Virus record (IMG/VR): IMGVR_UViG_3300020039_000026
DNA from: a virus
Length of the DNA: 64,000 bases
Reading direction: 5' to 3' (one strand)
Each line of letters opens with the position of its first letter. Position 1 is the first letter of the stretch. The position numbers and the translations under genes are program-made. The notes beneath the pieces are model-generated. The model was not told the origin of the DNA. It saw only the letters and a list, made by a program, of their open reading frames with translations, and ran no database searches. Shown here one piece after another: positions 34,388 through 43,233 of the stretch.

Positions 34388-35586
34388 AACTTGAACCAAT
34401 TATCCAATCTCTGCTTGACACCGACTTGTATAAGTTCAATATGAACCAGGTCATGTTCCATTTTCATTCGGATTTATGGGGAGAATATGATTTCAAATGC
34501 AGAAACCAAGGCGTGGTTTTTACGGAAGAAATGCTGCAGGAAATCTACGAGCAGATCAAGCACCTTTGTGCCCTCCGGTTCACCGACGACGAACTGAATT
34601 ATCTGCGTTCCATCCGCTTTATTAAACCGGATTACGTCGAATTCCTCCGTCTTTGGCATCCTATCGAAAAGTATGTTTCGATTGGCCTGTATGACAGCGG
34701 AGAATTGTCTGTCAGGGTTTCCGGCCCTCTGTTTTCCGCAATGCAATTCGAGATCTACCTGCTGGAAATTATCAATGAAGTGTATTTTCGTATGCATCCG
34801 GAATACTCTTACAACGCGCTGGTAGGAAGCGCGAGAGGTCTTTTGCACGATAAGATCTTGAATTTCAAAAATGGCAATTATACATTCAACTTTGCCGAGT
34901 TCGGCTGCCGCCGTCGTTTATCCCGCGAATGGGAGGACGAAATGATTCAGATGTTCGTCGATAACAACATCAGAAACATGGTTGGCACTTCCAATGTGTA
35001 CTTGGCCAAGAAATACGGTCTTACTCCAATCGGCACATTCGCCCATGAGTTCGTCCAAATGTACCAGGGAATTCCAAAAATCCCGCTGGCTTATACGAAT
35101 TATTACGCACTTAAGGATTGGTATAACGAATACAAAGGGGATAACGGCACAGCGCTTACGGACACGATCACTACCGATTTATTCCTTCTGGATTTCGACC
35201 GTAGCATGTGCAACAACTTTACCGGCGTCCGCCATGATTCCGGCGATCCATATGTATGGGGCGATAAGATGATTGCTCATTACCAGAAGTATGGCATCGA
35301 CCCAAAAACCAAAACACTTCTGTTCTCCGACAGCCTGAATTTCAAAAAAGCACAGGCGCTGTACGATTATTTTAAAGATCGCGCCAAGGTTTCCTTTGGT
35401 ATCGGCACATTTGTTTCCAACGATACCATAGCCACTCCTCTCAATATCGTTATCAAGCTCCAGTCCGTTAATGGGAACCCGGTTGCCAAGCTCTCAGATT
35501 CTGAAGGGAAAACCATGTGCCGCGATCCACAGTACATTGATTACTTAAAGAACGCGGTTCGGTTCAGGTTAAACCGTGACAGCTAA
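34384..35586 (+). CDS. pncB: Nicotinate phosphoribosyltransferase
   Basis: N-terminus IIQSLLDTDLYKFNMNQVMFHFH matches E. coli PncB ([22 protein letters not shown]). 400 aa. Confidence 0.8.
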   Translation: MKLEPIIQSLLDTDLYKFNMNQVMFHFHSDLWGEYDFKCRNQGVVFTEEMLQEIYEQIKHLCALRFTDDELNYLRSIRFIKPDYVEFLRLWHPIEKYVSIGLYDSGELSVRVSGPLFSAMQFEIYLLEIINEVYFRMHPEYSYNALVGSARGLLHDKILNFKNGNYTFNFAEFGCRRRLSREWEDEMIQMFVDNNIRNMVGTSNVYLAKKYGLTPIGTFAHEFVQMYQGIPKIPLAYTNYYALKDWYNEYKGDNGTALTDTITTDLFLLDFDRSMCNNFTGVRHDSGDPYVWGDKMIAHYQKYGIDPKTKTLLFSDSLNFKKAQALYDYFKDRAKVSFGIGTFVSNDTIATPLNIVIKLQSVNGNPVAKLSDSEGKTMCRDPQYIDYLKNAVRFRLNRDS

Positions 35587-35986
35587 AAAGAGTGATTTCG
35601 ACATTTTGCTGGAAATGCTCGATAGATCAATGTACAGAAACCACTATGAAGTGTTTGAGTTTGATAACAGATGCAGAGGAATTACGATTCATGACGCGGC
35701 GGACAGCATCGATTTGCTTTTCAACAAAGCCGGGAAGATAGAATAATGAAAAAAGGAGCGGTTCCATGTGTAAGACTCATTTGCTTAAATGCCCAACCGA
35801 CGAGGATGACGATCCGGATATGAATGGCGAAATGAATTGCCAGGACTGTGACTTTGCTGGTTGTGGTGTTTGCAACCATCCGGACGCTGTGTATGTAGAT
35901 GGAGACGGTAGATATACGTGATTTTGTAAAACGGACCGTTCTGTGTCTGAAACGCCGTTGTTTTCGCATCACAAGAGAGGTGTAGC

Positions 35987-36280
35987 ATGAAGACCAATGA
36001 AGAAAATCTTTTGGAATTGACTAAAAAGGGAGATGAATCGAAGTGTCCTTCTGATTTTCGAGAATGGGTGCATGGAGATTTGTCAGAATTATTCTGGCAT
36101 CACCTCGGCACATACAGCCATAATCCAACTGAACATTCTTTAAAAATCATGGAGCGAGCTTTCTTGTGGGCTGCCCATGATAATTACGGCCTTGCCAATT
36201 CTTTTCTCCATGCGTTTAAGTGGGTAACCGGTGGTAACGATTTCTATGATGAGGCCGTAAAACATGGATGGGAACAATAG
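35987..36280 (+). CDS. Hypothetical protein
   Basis: 97-aa ORF. Confidence 0.4.
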   Translation: MKTNEENLLELTKKGDESKCPSDFREWVHGDLSELFWHHLGTYSHNPTEHSLKIMERAFLWAAHDNYGLANSFLHAFKWVTGGNDFYDEAVKHGWEQ

Positions 36281-36305
36281 AAGCTATAATACGAGGAGAG
36301 TAGAA

Positions 36306-36797
36306 ATGCCGAAAATCAATATTCCAATTGAAATCAGCAATGATATTTTTGATGAAGCATCCATCCAGCTGCTGAAGTCCAAAGTTCGCAGTATCGCCGC
36401 AGCGGAAATTGATGGGAGGGTCCGCGAGCTGATCGACGAAGCAGTGAAAAAACAAATTGATAGAGTCGTTGACGAATTGAGCCGCTCCTACAATTACTAT
36501 GGAGCAAAGGAACTTCGCGAAAAGATGCGTGCAAAAATTGTTGATATTGCCGCTGAAAAATACGTCGATGAAAGGATCCTCATGAAATCGATTGATGATT
36601 TCCTCAAACCCATCAAAGACTACGCAAATCAAAAAACAAAAGAACTCGCGTCACAGGCGAGCTGGCTGGATACTCGGATTTCTGAGGAAATCAAATCACG
36701 GGTAGACAGTCTTTTTAATTCCAATCTTGTTGCGGCGTTGGCGAGCGTCGTTTTGAGTAAAACTGAAGGAAATGGTAAAAATGTCGGAAACGCATGA
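36306..36797 (+). CDS. Hypothetical coiled-coil protein
   Basis: ATG at 36306 (MPKINIP) preceded by GAGGAGAG. Confidence 0.4.
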   Translation: MPKINIPIEISNDIFDEASIQLLKSKVRSIAAAEIDGRVRELIDEAVKKQIDRVVDELSRSYNYYGAKELREKMRAKIVDIAAEKYVDERILMKSIDDFLKPIKDYANQKTKELASQASWLDTRISEEIKSRVDSLFNSNLVAALASVVLSKTEGNGKNVGNA

Positions 36798-37077
36798 TGA
36801 GAAATCGCGGGAAACTCCACAAGTTGAAATGAATAAAATTGACCTTTTATGCTGTACTGTTTCCAAGATGACTGATAAAGACTTTGAAGAAATGGAAGAG
36901 CTCATCAAAGACCAGCGCGAATGGAATATCCCTCTTCTTCCCAAAACAACAGCGTGGCAGCACGAGCTCGCTGAGTTTAACGCCCGCGTTCTTCTAAAAG
37001 TTCGCGAACTCAAAGAGCTTATCGCAGAGGGCGATTCCATCGTTCAGCCGGTTGAAACGCCGGAGTTTTTCTCATGA
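36772..37077 (+). CDS. Hypothetical protein
   Basis: 101-aa ORF. Confidence 0.4.
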   Translation: MVKMSETHDEKSRETPQVEMNKIDLLCCTVSKMTDKDFEEMEELIKDQREWNIPLLPKTTAWQHELAEFNARVLLKVRELKELIAEGDSIVQPVETPEFFS

Positions 37078-37203
37078 TTATTATATGCGCAATTATCTGC
37101 GGCATACTTAATTTCAGTGATTTGGCTGCTATTGGCGTTGCAATCTGTTTATTGGCAGATGTAATTTTGTTGAAAGATTTTGAAATAAAGGTGAAAATAA
37201 AAG

Positions 37204-38295
37204 ATGAGAAAATTGGCAAGCATTAAAACGATTGCCTCTATCTCCCCTATCGAAGGCAAGGACCGTATTGGTCTTGCCACGGTGGATGGATGGCAGGTCA
37301 TCGTTCAAAAAAGTGAGTTTTCTCCGGGGGATCGATGTGTTTATGTCGAAATCGATTCTGTTATGCCGGAGAAGCCGGAGTTTGAATTTCTGCGCAAGAA
37401 GGATTTTCGTATTCGCACCATGAAGATGGCTGGCGTTATCAGCCAGGGAATCTGTTTCCCGCTCTCCATTCTGCCTCCGAAGGAAAACGGAGAATACGAA
37501 TTGGAGGAAGACGTTACCGAAATCCTCGGCATCACCCAATACGAGCCAACTATGGACGCCGACCCAGAACCGGATGAAACCGGTAAGAGCAAGGTGCGAA
37601 AGTACCCTGCTTTTTTGATGCGTTTTAAATGGTTTAGAAGCCTTGTCCTGCCAAAGAAAAGGAACAAGGGCTTCCCGACCTTCGTCAGCAAAACCGATGA
37701 AATACGAATCCAGAATATTCCGAACATCGTTCATGATAAACGGGAATGGATCGCCACGGAAAAAGTGGATGGCCAGTCTGGAACATTCGCGCTGGTTCGT
37801 CACAAGAGCCGTATACCATTTAAAAAAGATACGTTTGAGTATATCGTCTGCTCCAGGAACTTGCGGCTATTGAAGCCGGATCGCACCCCCTATTGGCGGG
37901 TTTCCGATCGGTATCAGATCGAAAATGCGCTAAGAAATATGATCGGCGATCGCGATTGGATCGCCATCCAGGGAGAATGCGTCGCTCCCAATGTGCAGGG
38001 TAATAAATACAAGGTCAAGGAGCCAGATCTCTATGTATTTAATCTCATTTATCCAACGGGGAGAGTCGATTCCATTCGCGCAAAATCCATCATCGAGCAG
38101 CACGGCATGAAGTTCGTGCCTATCATTGGCACGGGTTACGTCCTGCCAGATTCCGTCGAAGAAGTTTTGGCTTATGCCACAGGTCAGAGCACACTGGCAG
38201 ATACGCTCAGAGAGGGAATTGTATTCCGGAGCAACGACGGGAAACATTCGTTCAAGGCTGTTTCGCCGGAATTCCTGCTGGCTTATAACGAATAA
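37204..38295 (+). CDS. ATP-dependent RNA ligase, Rnl5-like architecture (N-terminal domain plus nucleotidyltransferase domain, no C-terminal OB)
   Basis: Ligase motif I KxDG (WIATEKVDGQSGTF) about 190 aa into the protein. Motif IV/V-like LREGIVFRS...FKAVSPEF. 363 aa, matching the size and layout of DraRnl/NgrRnl-type ligases. Confidence 0.55.
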   Translation: MRKLASIKTIASISPIEGKDRIGLATVDGWQVIVQKSEFSPGDRCVYVEIDSVMPEKPEFEFLRKKDFRIRTMKMAGVISQGICFPLSILPPKENGEYELEEDVTEILGITQYEPTMDADPEPDETGKSKVRKYPAFLMRFKWFRSLVLPKKRNKGFPTFVSKTDEIRIQNIPNIVHDKREWIATEKVDGQSGTFALVRHKSRIPFKKDTFEYIVCSRNLRLLKPDRTPYWRVSDRYQIENALRNMIGDRDWIAIQGECVAPNVQGNKYKVKEPDLYVFNLIYPTGRVDSIRAKSIIEQHGMKFVPIIGTGYVLPDSVEEVLAYATGQSTLADTLREGIVFRSNDGKHSFKAVSPEFLLAYNE

Positions 38296-38303
38296 AGGAA
38301 AGG

Positions 38304-39041
38304 GTGTTGTATTTGCCTGTAAAAACAGAAGCGGCAGAGGGGCTCAACCTCCTCCAGAAGCTTGCTAAAATCCGCAAAGTAGTAGAGGTTCTGCAAAAGG
38401 ATAAACAGGGCTACGGCTACAAATACGTTACCGAAGAACAAATCCTGTCAAAGATCACCGGTCTCATGGATAGGCTTGGAGTTTCTTTGCTCCCTGGCAT
38501 CGTCCCCGGAACAACCGTTATGGAGCCTTATCATTACGAAAAAACGAAGGCGACAAAAGACGGAAAAGTATATCAGGAGCAAGTCAATGAAATTCTGATC
38601 AAAGCCGACACCACCTGGACATGGGTGGATAATGCAAATCCGGAAGATCGGATTTCGATTCCGTGGAGCCTCGTCGGCCAGCAGTCAGACGCCAGCCAGG
38701 CTTTCGGCTCTGGGTTATCCTATTCCAGCAGGTACTTCCTGCTTAAATATTTCAACGTTTCCACCACCGAGGATGATCCGGATAACTGGCGCACAAAACA
38801 GAAGGAAGCGGAAGACGCGGAGCAGCACGAAATCGCCAAGGGTATCGTGGAGCAAATCAAGGCGAAGCTCAGCCGATACATAGCCAAGCATCCGGAGGCC
38901 GAAAAGGACGTGATTGCCGTTATTAAACAGCACGTTTTTGAACGCGGCAAGCCAAGCACGAATTACCTGACGATCAAGGATCCAATCATTGCCACGAAAC
39001 TGATGGATGATCTGAATGATAAATTCTCGGAGGAAGAATAA
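38304..39041 (+). CDS. ERF-family single-strand annealing protein candidate
   Basis: KQGYGYKYVTEEQIL and GSGLSYSSRYFLLKYFNV resemble conserved ERF blocks. Sits beside a RecB/Cas4-like exonuclease, the usual recombination pairing. Confidence 0.5.
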   Translation: MLYLPVKTEAAEGLNLLQKLAKIRKVVEVLQKDKQGYGYKYVTEEQILSKITGLMDRLGVSLLPGIVPGTTVMEPYHYEKTKATKDGKVYQEQVNEILIKADTTWTWVDNANPEDRISIPWSLVGQQSDASQAFGSGLSYSSRYFLLKYFNVSTTEDDPDNWRTKQKEAEDAEQHEIAKGIVEQIKAKLSRYIAKHPEAEKDVIAVIKQHVFERGKPSTNYLTIKDPIIATKLMDDLNDKFSEEE

Positions 39042-39058
39042 CTGAATGAGGTGAGTTT

Positions 39059-39409
39059 ATGTCCGAAGAAGTCATTGCGCCTTATCGAAAGAAGAAAGAT
39101 TCAAGCACCAGCAAGTCGTCAAAGAAATCCGATCATAAGCACATTTGGGATGATTGTTTTATCCATGCCACGCTGCCGGAAAAATACTGCTGGGTTCAGG
39201 ATCCGATCAAGAAGAAGGAATTTCTTGACGCGCTCAGTCCGGGTTCGCGCTGTATCCTGTGCGGACGTCTAAAATTGAATTACCAAACAGAGCTTCGGTA
39301 TGCTCGCGAGGGCGGGTTTCTTCGGCGGCTCACGAATAATGAAATGCTTCGCCTTCACCCGAACTGGACAATTTACGAAGTACCGGGAGAAGACTGGTAT
39401 AAACTATAA
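39059..39409 (+). CDS. Hypothetical protein
   Basis: 116-aa ORF with GAGGTGAG RBS. Confidence 0.4.
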   Translation: MSEEVIAPYRKKKDSSTSKSSKKSDHKHIWDDCFIHATLPEKYCWVQDPIKKKEFLDALSPGSRCILCGRLKLNYQTELRYAREGGFLRRLTNNEMLRLHPNWTIYEVPGEDWYKL

Positions 39410-39805
39410 TTGGAGGAAAAACAAATGGGTTTTAGAACCGGTGCATACGGCACCGTATTTGGCGTAGAGCCCGGCAAGGGCAATTTTACAAAGGTTCGTC
39501 TCAGCATCTCCAGAAAAAATAAGGATACCGGCGCTTTCGAGCAGGATTTTTCTGGCTTCTGCACATTTATCGGCAATGCTCACGCACTGGCATCTCGTCT
39601 GAAAGAACGGGACCGCATCAAGCTCGGCGATGTTGATGTCAGCAATTCTTACGATAAGGAATCAAAGAAGGAATATGTCAATTACAAGGTATTTTCCTTT
39701 GAAATCGTAAACGGGACAGGCGGACAGGCCACGAAAACGGAAGCCGCGCAGCAGGAAGACAATCCTGCGGAAGGCGAAAACGATCCTGATAAAATCCCAT
39801 TCTGA
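39410..39805 (+). CDS. Possible SSB-like OB-fold protein
   Basis: 131 aa with a beta-strand-rich N-terminus and acidic C-terminal tail. Weak resemblance only. Confidence 0.35.
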   Translation: MEEKQMGFRTGAYGTVFGVEPGKGNFTKVRLSISRKNKDTGAFEQDFSGFCTFIGNAHALASRLKERDRIKLGDVDVSNSYDKESKKEYVNYKVFSFEIVNGTGGQATKTEAAQQEDNPAEGENDPDKIPF

Positions 39806-39813
39806 TATAACGC

Positions 39814-40575
39814 ATGTATTCCATCATCACTTCGCAGATGACCTGGAGCTATTCCAGGTTGTCTGCGTTTGAGACATGCCCTTATCGGTTTTATTTGAAA
39901 TATCTCCATGGGTGCGAGGAAAAGCCAAAGTTTTTTTCGCAGTACGGAGAGTTTGTTCATCAAATTCACCAGCTCGTCTTCAATTCCGAACTACCTAAAA
40001 AGTACGCTGCTCAATACTATGTCCGCCATTTCATGGAGCGCGTGACCGAAAAAGCACCGACTCAACAAGTTTTCTTATCCTATTTTCGTGGCGGGCTTTC
40101 CTATTTTGAAGACATGCCAGAGTTTGAAGGTTCTCCTCTCGGCATTGAAAAAGAATTCCGTTTTGAAATAGATGGCTTCCCTTTTATCGGATACGCGGAT
40201 TATCTCACAAAAAGTGACGGAATCATCTTATACGACCATAAGGCAAGAGCGTTAAAGCCGCGTAGCAACAGAAAGAAACCAACCCTGTCAGACAAAGAAC
40301 TCGACCAATATTTCAGACAGTTATACCTTTATTCAATTCCTATCAAAGAACTGTACGGCGAGTATCCAAGGGAACTGGTTTTCAATTGCTATCGCACAAA
40401 ATGTTTCATCAGGGAACCTTTTGATATAGAGAAATTGGATGCGGCGAAAGACTGGGCGGTTGGCTCTATTCGTAAAATTATTTCAACAGAAGACTGGCCA
40501 CCGTCCATCGAAGCGTTTCGTTGCAGAAATCTTTGCGGGATAGAAGACGACTGTTGTTATTATGATTTTCTATAA
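39814..40575 (+). CDS. PD-(D/E)xK nuclease of the RecB/Cas4 exonuclease family
   Basis: N-terminal YSRLSAFETCPYRFYLKYL with Cys, the IGYADYL...ILYDHK nuclease core, and C-terminal Cys cluster CRNLCGIEDDCC (Cas4-like Fe-S ligands). Confidence 0.6.
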   Translation: MYSIITSQMTWSYSRLSAFETCPYRFYLKYLHGCEEKPKFFSQYGEFVHQIHQLVFNSELPKKYAAQYYVRHFMERVTEKAPTQQVFLSYFRGGLSYFEDMPEFEGSPLGIEKEFRFEIDGFPFIGYADYLTKSDGIILYDHKARALKPRSNRKKPTLSDKELDQYFRQLYLYSIPIKELYGEYPRELVFNCYRTKCFIREPFDIEKLDAAKDWAVGSIRKIISTEDWPPSIEAFRCRNLCGIEDDCCYYDFL

Positions 40576-40578
40576 GAG

Positions 40579-41016
40579 GTGCGTATGTATTACCACGAAG
40601 AACAAATGAATCTTCTCAGCGTTCCACAAGGTTATATGCTTGCACATTGTATCAGCGGAGACTACGCCTTGGGTGCCGGGATTGCCAAACAAATCGATCA
40701 GGCATTCGGCATGAAGGACATGTTGAAAACTCGCTGGCGCTTTATCGATTACGATTCATGCGGGCCAATTTGCCTCACATGCGCAAATGTGTATAATCTC
40801 GTCACAAAACCAAAGTTTTGGAATAAGCCAACGCTTGGTACGCTGCGTGAGGCGCTTTTATCAATGAGGCGGAACGCGGAAACAGACGGAGTCAAGAAGA
40901 TCGCCATGCCGAAAATCGGCTGTGGGCTTGACAGACTTAATTGGGAAGATGTCAAAAAGATCATTATGGAAATCTTTGATGATATGGACGTGGAAATTCT
41001 CGTATGCTACCTATAA
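40579..41016 (+). CDS. Macro-domain (ADP-ribose binding/processing) protein candidate
   Basis: LAHCISGDYALGAGIAKQI and IAMPKIGCGLDRLNWEDVKKII resemble the macro-domain Gly-rich loop and the IAFPxISTGxYGxP block. 145 aa. Confidence 0.45.
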   Translation: MRMYYHEEQMNLLSVPQGYMLAHCISGDYALGAGIAKQIDQAFGMKDMLKTRWRFIDYDSCGPICLTCANVYNLVTKPKFWNKPTLGTLREALLSMRRNAETDGVKKIAMPKIGCGLDRLNWEDVKKIIMEIFDDMDVEILVCYL

Positions 41017-41031
41017 TCTGGTGGTGATTAT

Positions 41032-42378
41032 TTGATCGAGGGCTCAAGCGCGAGCGACATTAAGAATATCGAGGCAGAGGCTGGCGTCATCGCCTCGATC
41101 TTAATGAATCCAGAACTCACTTTTTACTCGGAACAACTTAAACCAAATCATTTCACAGACACGCAAAACGCATACGTTTATTGGGCGGTTCGTGAGCTTG
41201 CAAAAAAAGGTATCGATAAGGTTGACGCTTACAATATCAGAAACATGATTTCTGCGCGGCGCGGAACGGAAAAGGCTGCGGAAATCATTACCATCCAATC
41301 GTTGAACGATCTGATTGATGTCGCAAAAAATATTGCCAGGGGTTCGCCGGAAGATTATAAAGCCATCGTCGACCATGTTCTTGACGCTGCTTTCAGGCGG
41401 GATACATATTTAAAGCTTATCGAGTGCGAGCGCCTTTGCTTTAACAGCACGGAGACGGGGATCGAGCACAAGATTTATGAAACGCTCGATAACGTTATGA
41501 TGGAGTTTTCAACCGCAAACGAGGTACCTCAATACAAGGACGTTGTAGAACAATATTGGCAGGAAATCGAGGAACGCCAGTCGCCCGAAAACAATGGCGC
41601 TATACCGTTTAAATTCCAAAATCTTAATTCCTACGTCATGATTGAACGTGGGGAATTAGTTATTTTTGGAGCTGAACAAAAGATGGGAAAGTCCATGCTT
41701 TTGCTGAACTGCGCAGTTGATCTGCTCAGGCGCGGGCTTCGCGTCCTGTATCTGGACAGTGAATTGAATTCAAGGTTATTTACCTGCAGAATGATTTCCC
41801 ATTTGACAGGCATTGAGTTTCGCCGTGTTCGTTCCGGCCAGTACAACGAAGAAGAACATAAGCGAATCGAAGATGCCGTTGCGTGGCTAAAAACACGGGC
41901 ATTTACCCATCTGTATATGCCGGTATTCGATGAACAAAATATTTACACAGTCGTCAAAAAGGTTTATCACCAGCAAGGTATCGACGTTCTGATTATCGAC
42001 TATTTCAAGGGCGGTGATAACGAGGATGCATTTGCCACCTACCAAAGCCTCGGCGGCCTTACAGACTTGGTCAAGAATGAAATCTGCGGCAATATGAACA
42101 TCGCCGGTATCGGCGCGGCTCAGGCAACCGCCACAGGTAAGCTGGCAGACAGCGCGAAGATCGCCAGAAACGCCTCCACTATTATCATGGTACAGAGCAA
42201 AACACCAGAAGAAATAGAAGCTGACGGAGACGAGTGCGGAACAAAGAAGCTCTTTGTCAGGTTCAATCGCAACGGCCCGCAAATGACGGACGGAGAGTAT
42301 ATCGATATGGTGTTTAACGGCGATAGAATTTTGTACGAAGAAGCGCCAAAGCAACATATCCCAGATACCCCATACTGA
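41032..42378 (+). CDS. dnaB: DnaB-like replicative DNA helicase
   Basis: DnaB N-terminal-like region (EAEAGVIASILMNPE), Walker A FGAEQKMGKSMLLLN and RecA-like core. 448 aa. Confidence 0.7.
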   Translation: MIEGSSASDIKNIEAEAGVIASILMNPELTFYSEQLKPNHFTDTQNAYVYWAVRELAKKGIDKVDAYNIRNMISARRGTEKAAEIITIQSLNDLIDVAKNIARGSPEDYKAIVDHVLDAAFRRDTYLKLIECERLCFNSTETGIEHKIYETLDNVMMEFSTANEVPQYKDVVEQYWQEIEERQSPENNGAIPFKFQNLNSYVMIERGELVIFGAEQKMGKSMLLLNCAVDLLRRGLRVLYLDSELNSRLFTCRMISHLTGIEFRRVRSGQYNEEEHKRIEDAVAWLKTRAFTHLYMPVFDEQNIYTVVKKVYHQQGIDVLIIDYFKGGDNEDAFATYQSLGGLTDLVKNEICGNMNIAGIGAAQATATGKLADSAKIARNASTIIMVQSKTPEEIEADGDECGTKKLFVRFNRNGPQMTDGEYIDMVFNGDRILYEEAPKQHIPDTPY

Positions 42379-42387
42379 GGAGCATAT

Positions 42388-42744
42388 ATGTACGTTAAGG
42401 TTATAAGAGGAAACAGAACTGATGTGCCATATCCGGAAAACACACTAATTCCTCCTGCTATCATACATCACGGGGGTAGACCTGATGATTACAAGGAAAT
42501 AATTAACCAGGCAAGAATAAAGCTCCATTTGCGAAAACAAAATTATAATCTGCTGAAGTATTACGCCGACAGCGCATCAGGGTTTACGCCTTCACTTGCC
42601 TTGATACAAAGAGAAACAGGAATACACGCAAAAGAAGTTAGCGCCGTCAGAAAACGTCTCGTCGATAAGGGTCTCATTCTTTATGATAGGAAAATCCATA
42701 TGGTATGTATTTTATGGAATGCTATAAAGGCATTAGCAAATTAA
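42388..42744 (+). CDS. Hypothetical protein with winged-helix-like region
   Basis: 118-aa ORF (IQRETGIHAKEVSAVRKRLVDKGLILYD). Confidence 0.4.
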   Translation: MYVKVIRGNRTDVPYPENTLIPPAIIHHGGRPDDYKEIINQARIKLHLRKQNYNLLKYYADSASGFTPSLALIQRETGIHAKEVSAVRKRLVDKGLILYDRKIHMVCILWNAIKALAN

Positions 42745-43233
42745 GTGCAGACAGAGGAGGAATATATGAGAGTTATCTTTCTCGATATTGACGGTGTCCT
42801 GAATGAAGCCTATTCGCATTCCAGAGCGCCAAATGGGTGTATCGGCGTCGATGATGATAAGGTGCAAAGGCTACGGCAAATTGTTGATGCCACCGGGGCA
42901 AAAATCGTCCTGTGCTCCACCTGGAAATCTGGTTGGAGCCGCGATCCGGAGCTTTGCGACCACGACGCGGAGTATTTAAACAAAAAGCTCAGCCGTGAAC
43001 ACCTTCGCATCCTTGATAAAACGCAGGATCAGATTATAGATCGTGGCGCTGGTATTCTCCGCTGGCTTGAAAAAAGAAGCGACAAGCCAGCATGGATCGT
43101 TCTGGATGACGATATCTTCAAGGATTATGAAGAATGTGGTGTCATGTCGCATTTGGTCAAAACGTCTTTCTATAAAGGCGGATTGCAGGACGAGCATGTG
43201 AAAAGGGCGATCGACCTGCTGATGGAGGGGTGA
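42745..43233 (+). CDS. HAD-superfamily phosphatase (DxDG motif I), Pnkp-phosphatase-like
   Basis: VIFLDIDGVLN is HAD motif I. Motif II/III candidates LCSTWK and WIVLDDD. 162 aa. Confidence 0.5.
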   Translation: MQTEEEYMRVIFLDIDGVLNEAYSHSRAPNGCIGVDDDKVQRLRQIVDATGAKIVLCSTWKSGWSRDPELCDHDAEYLNKKLSREHLRILDKTQDQIIDRGAGILRWLEKRSDKPAWIVLDDDIFKDYEECGVMSHLVKTSFYKGGLQDEHVKRAIDLLMEG

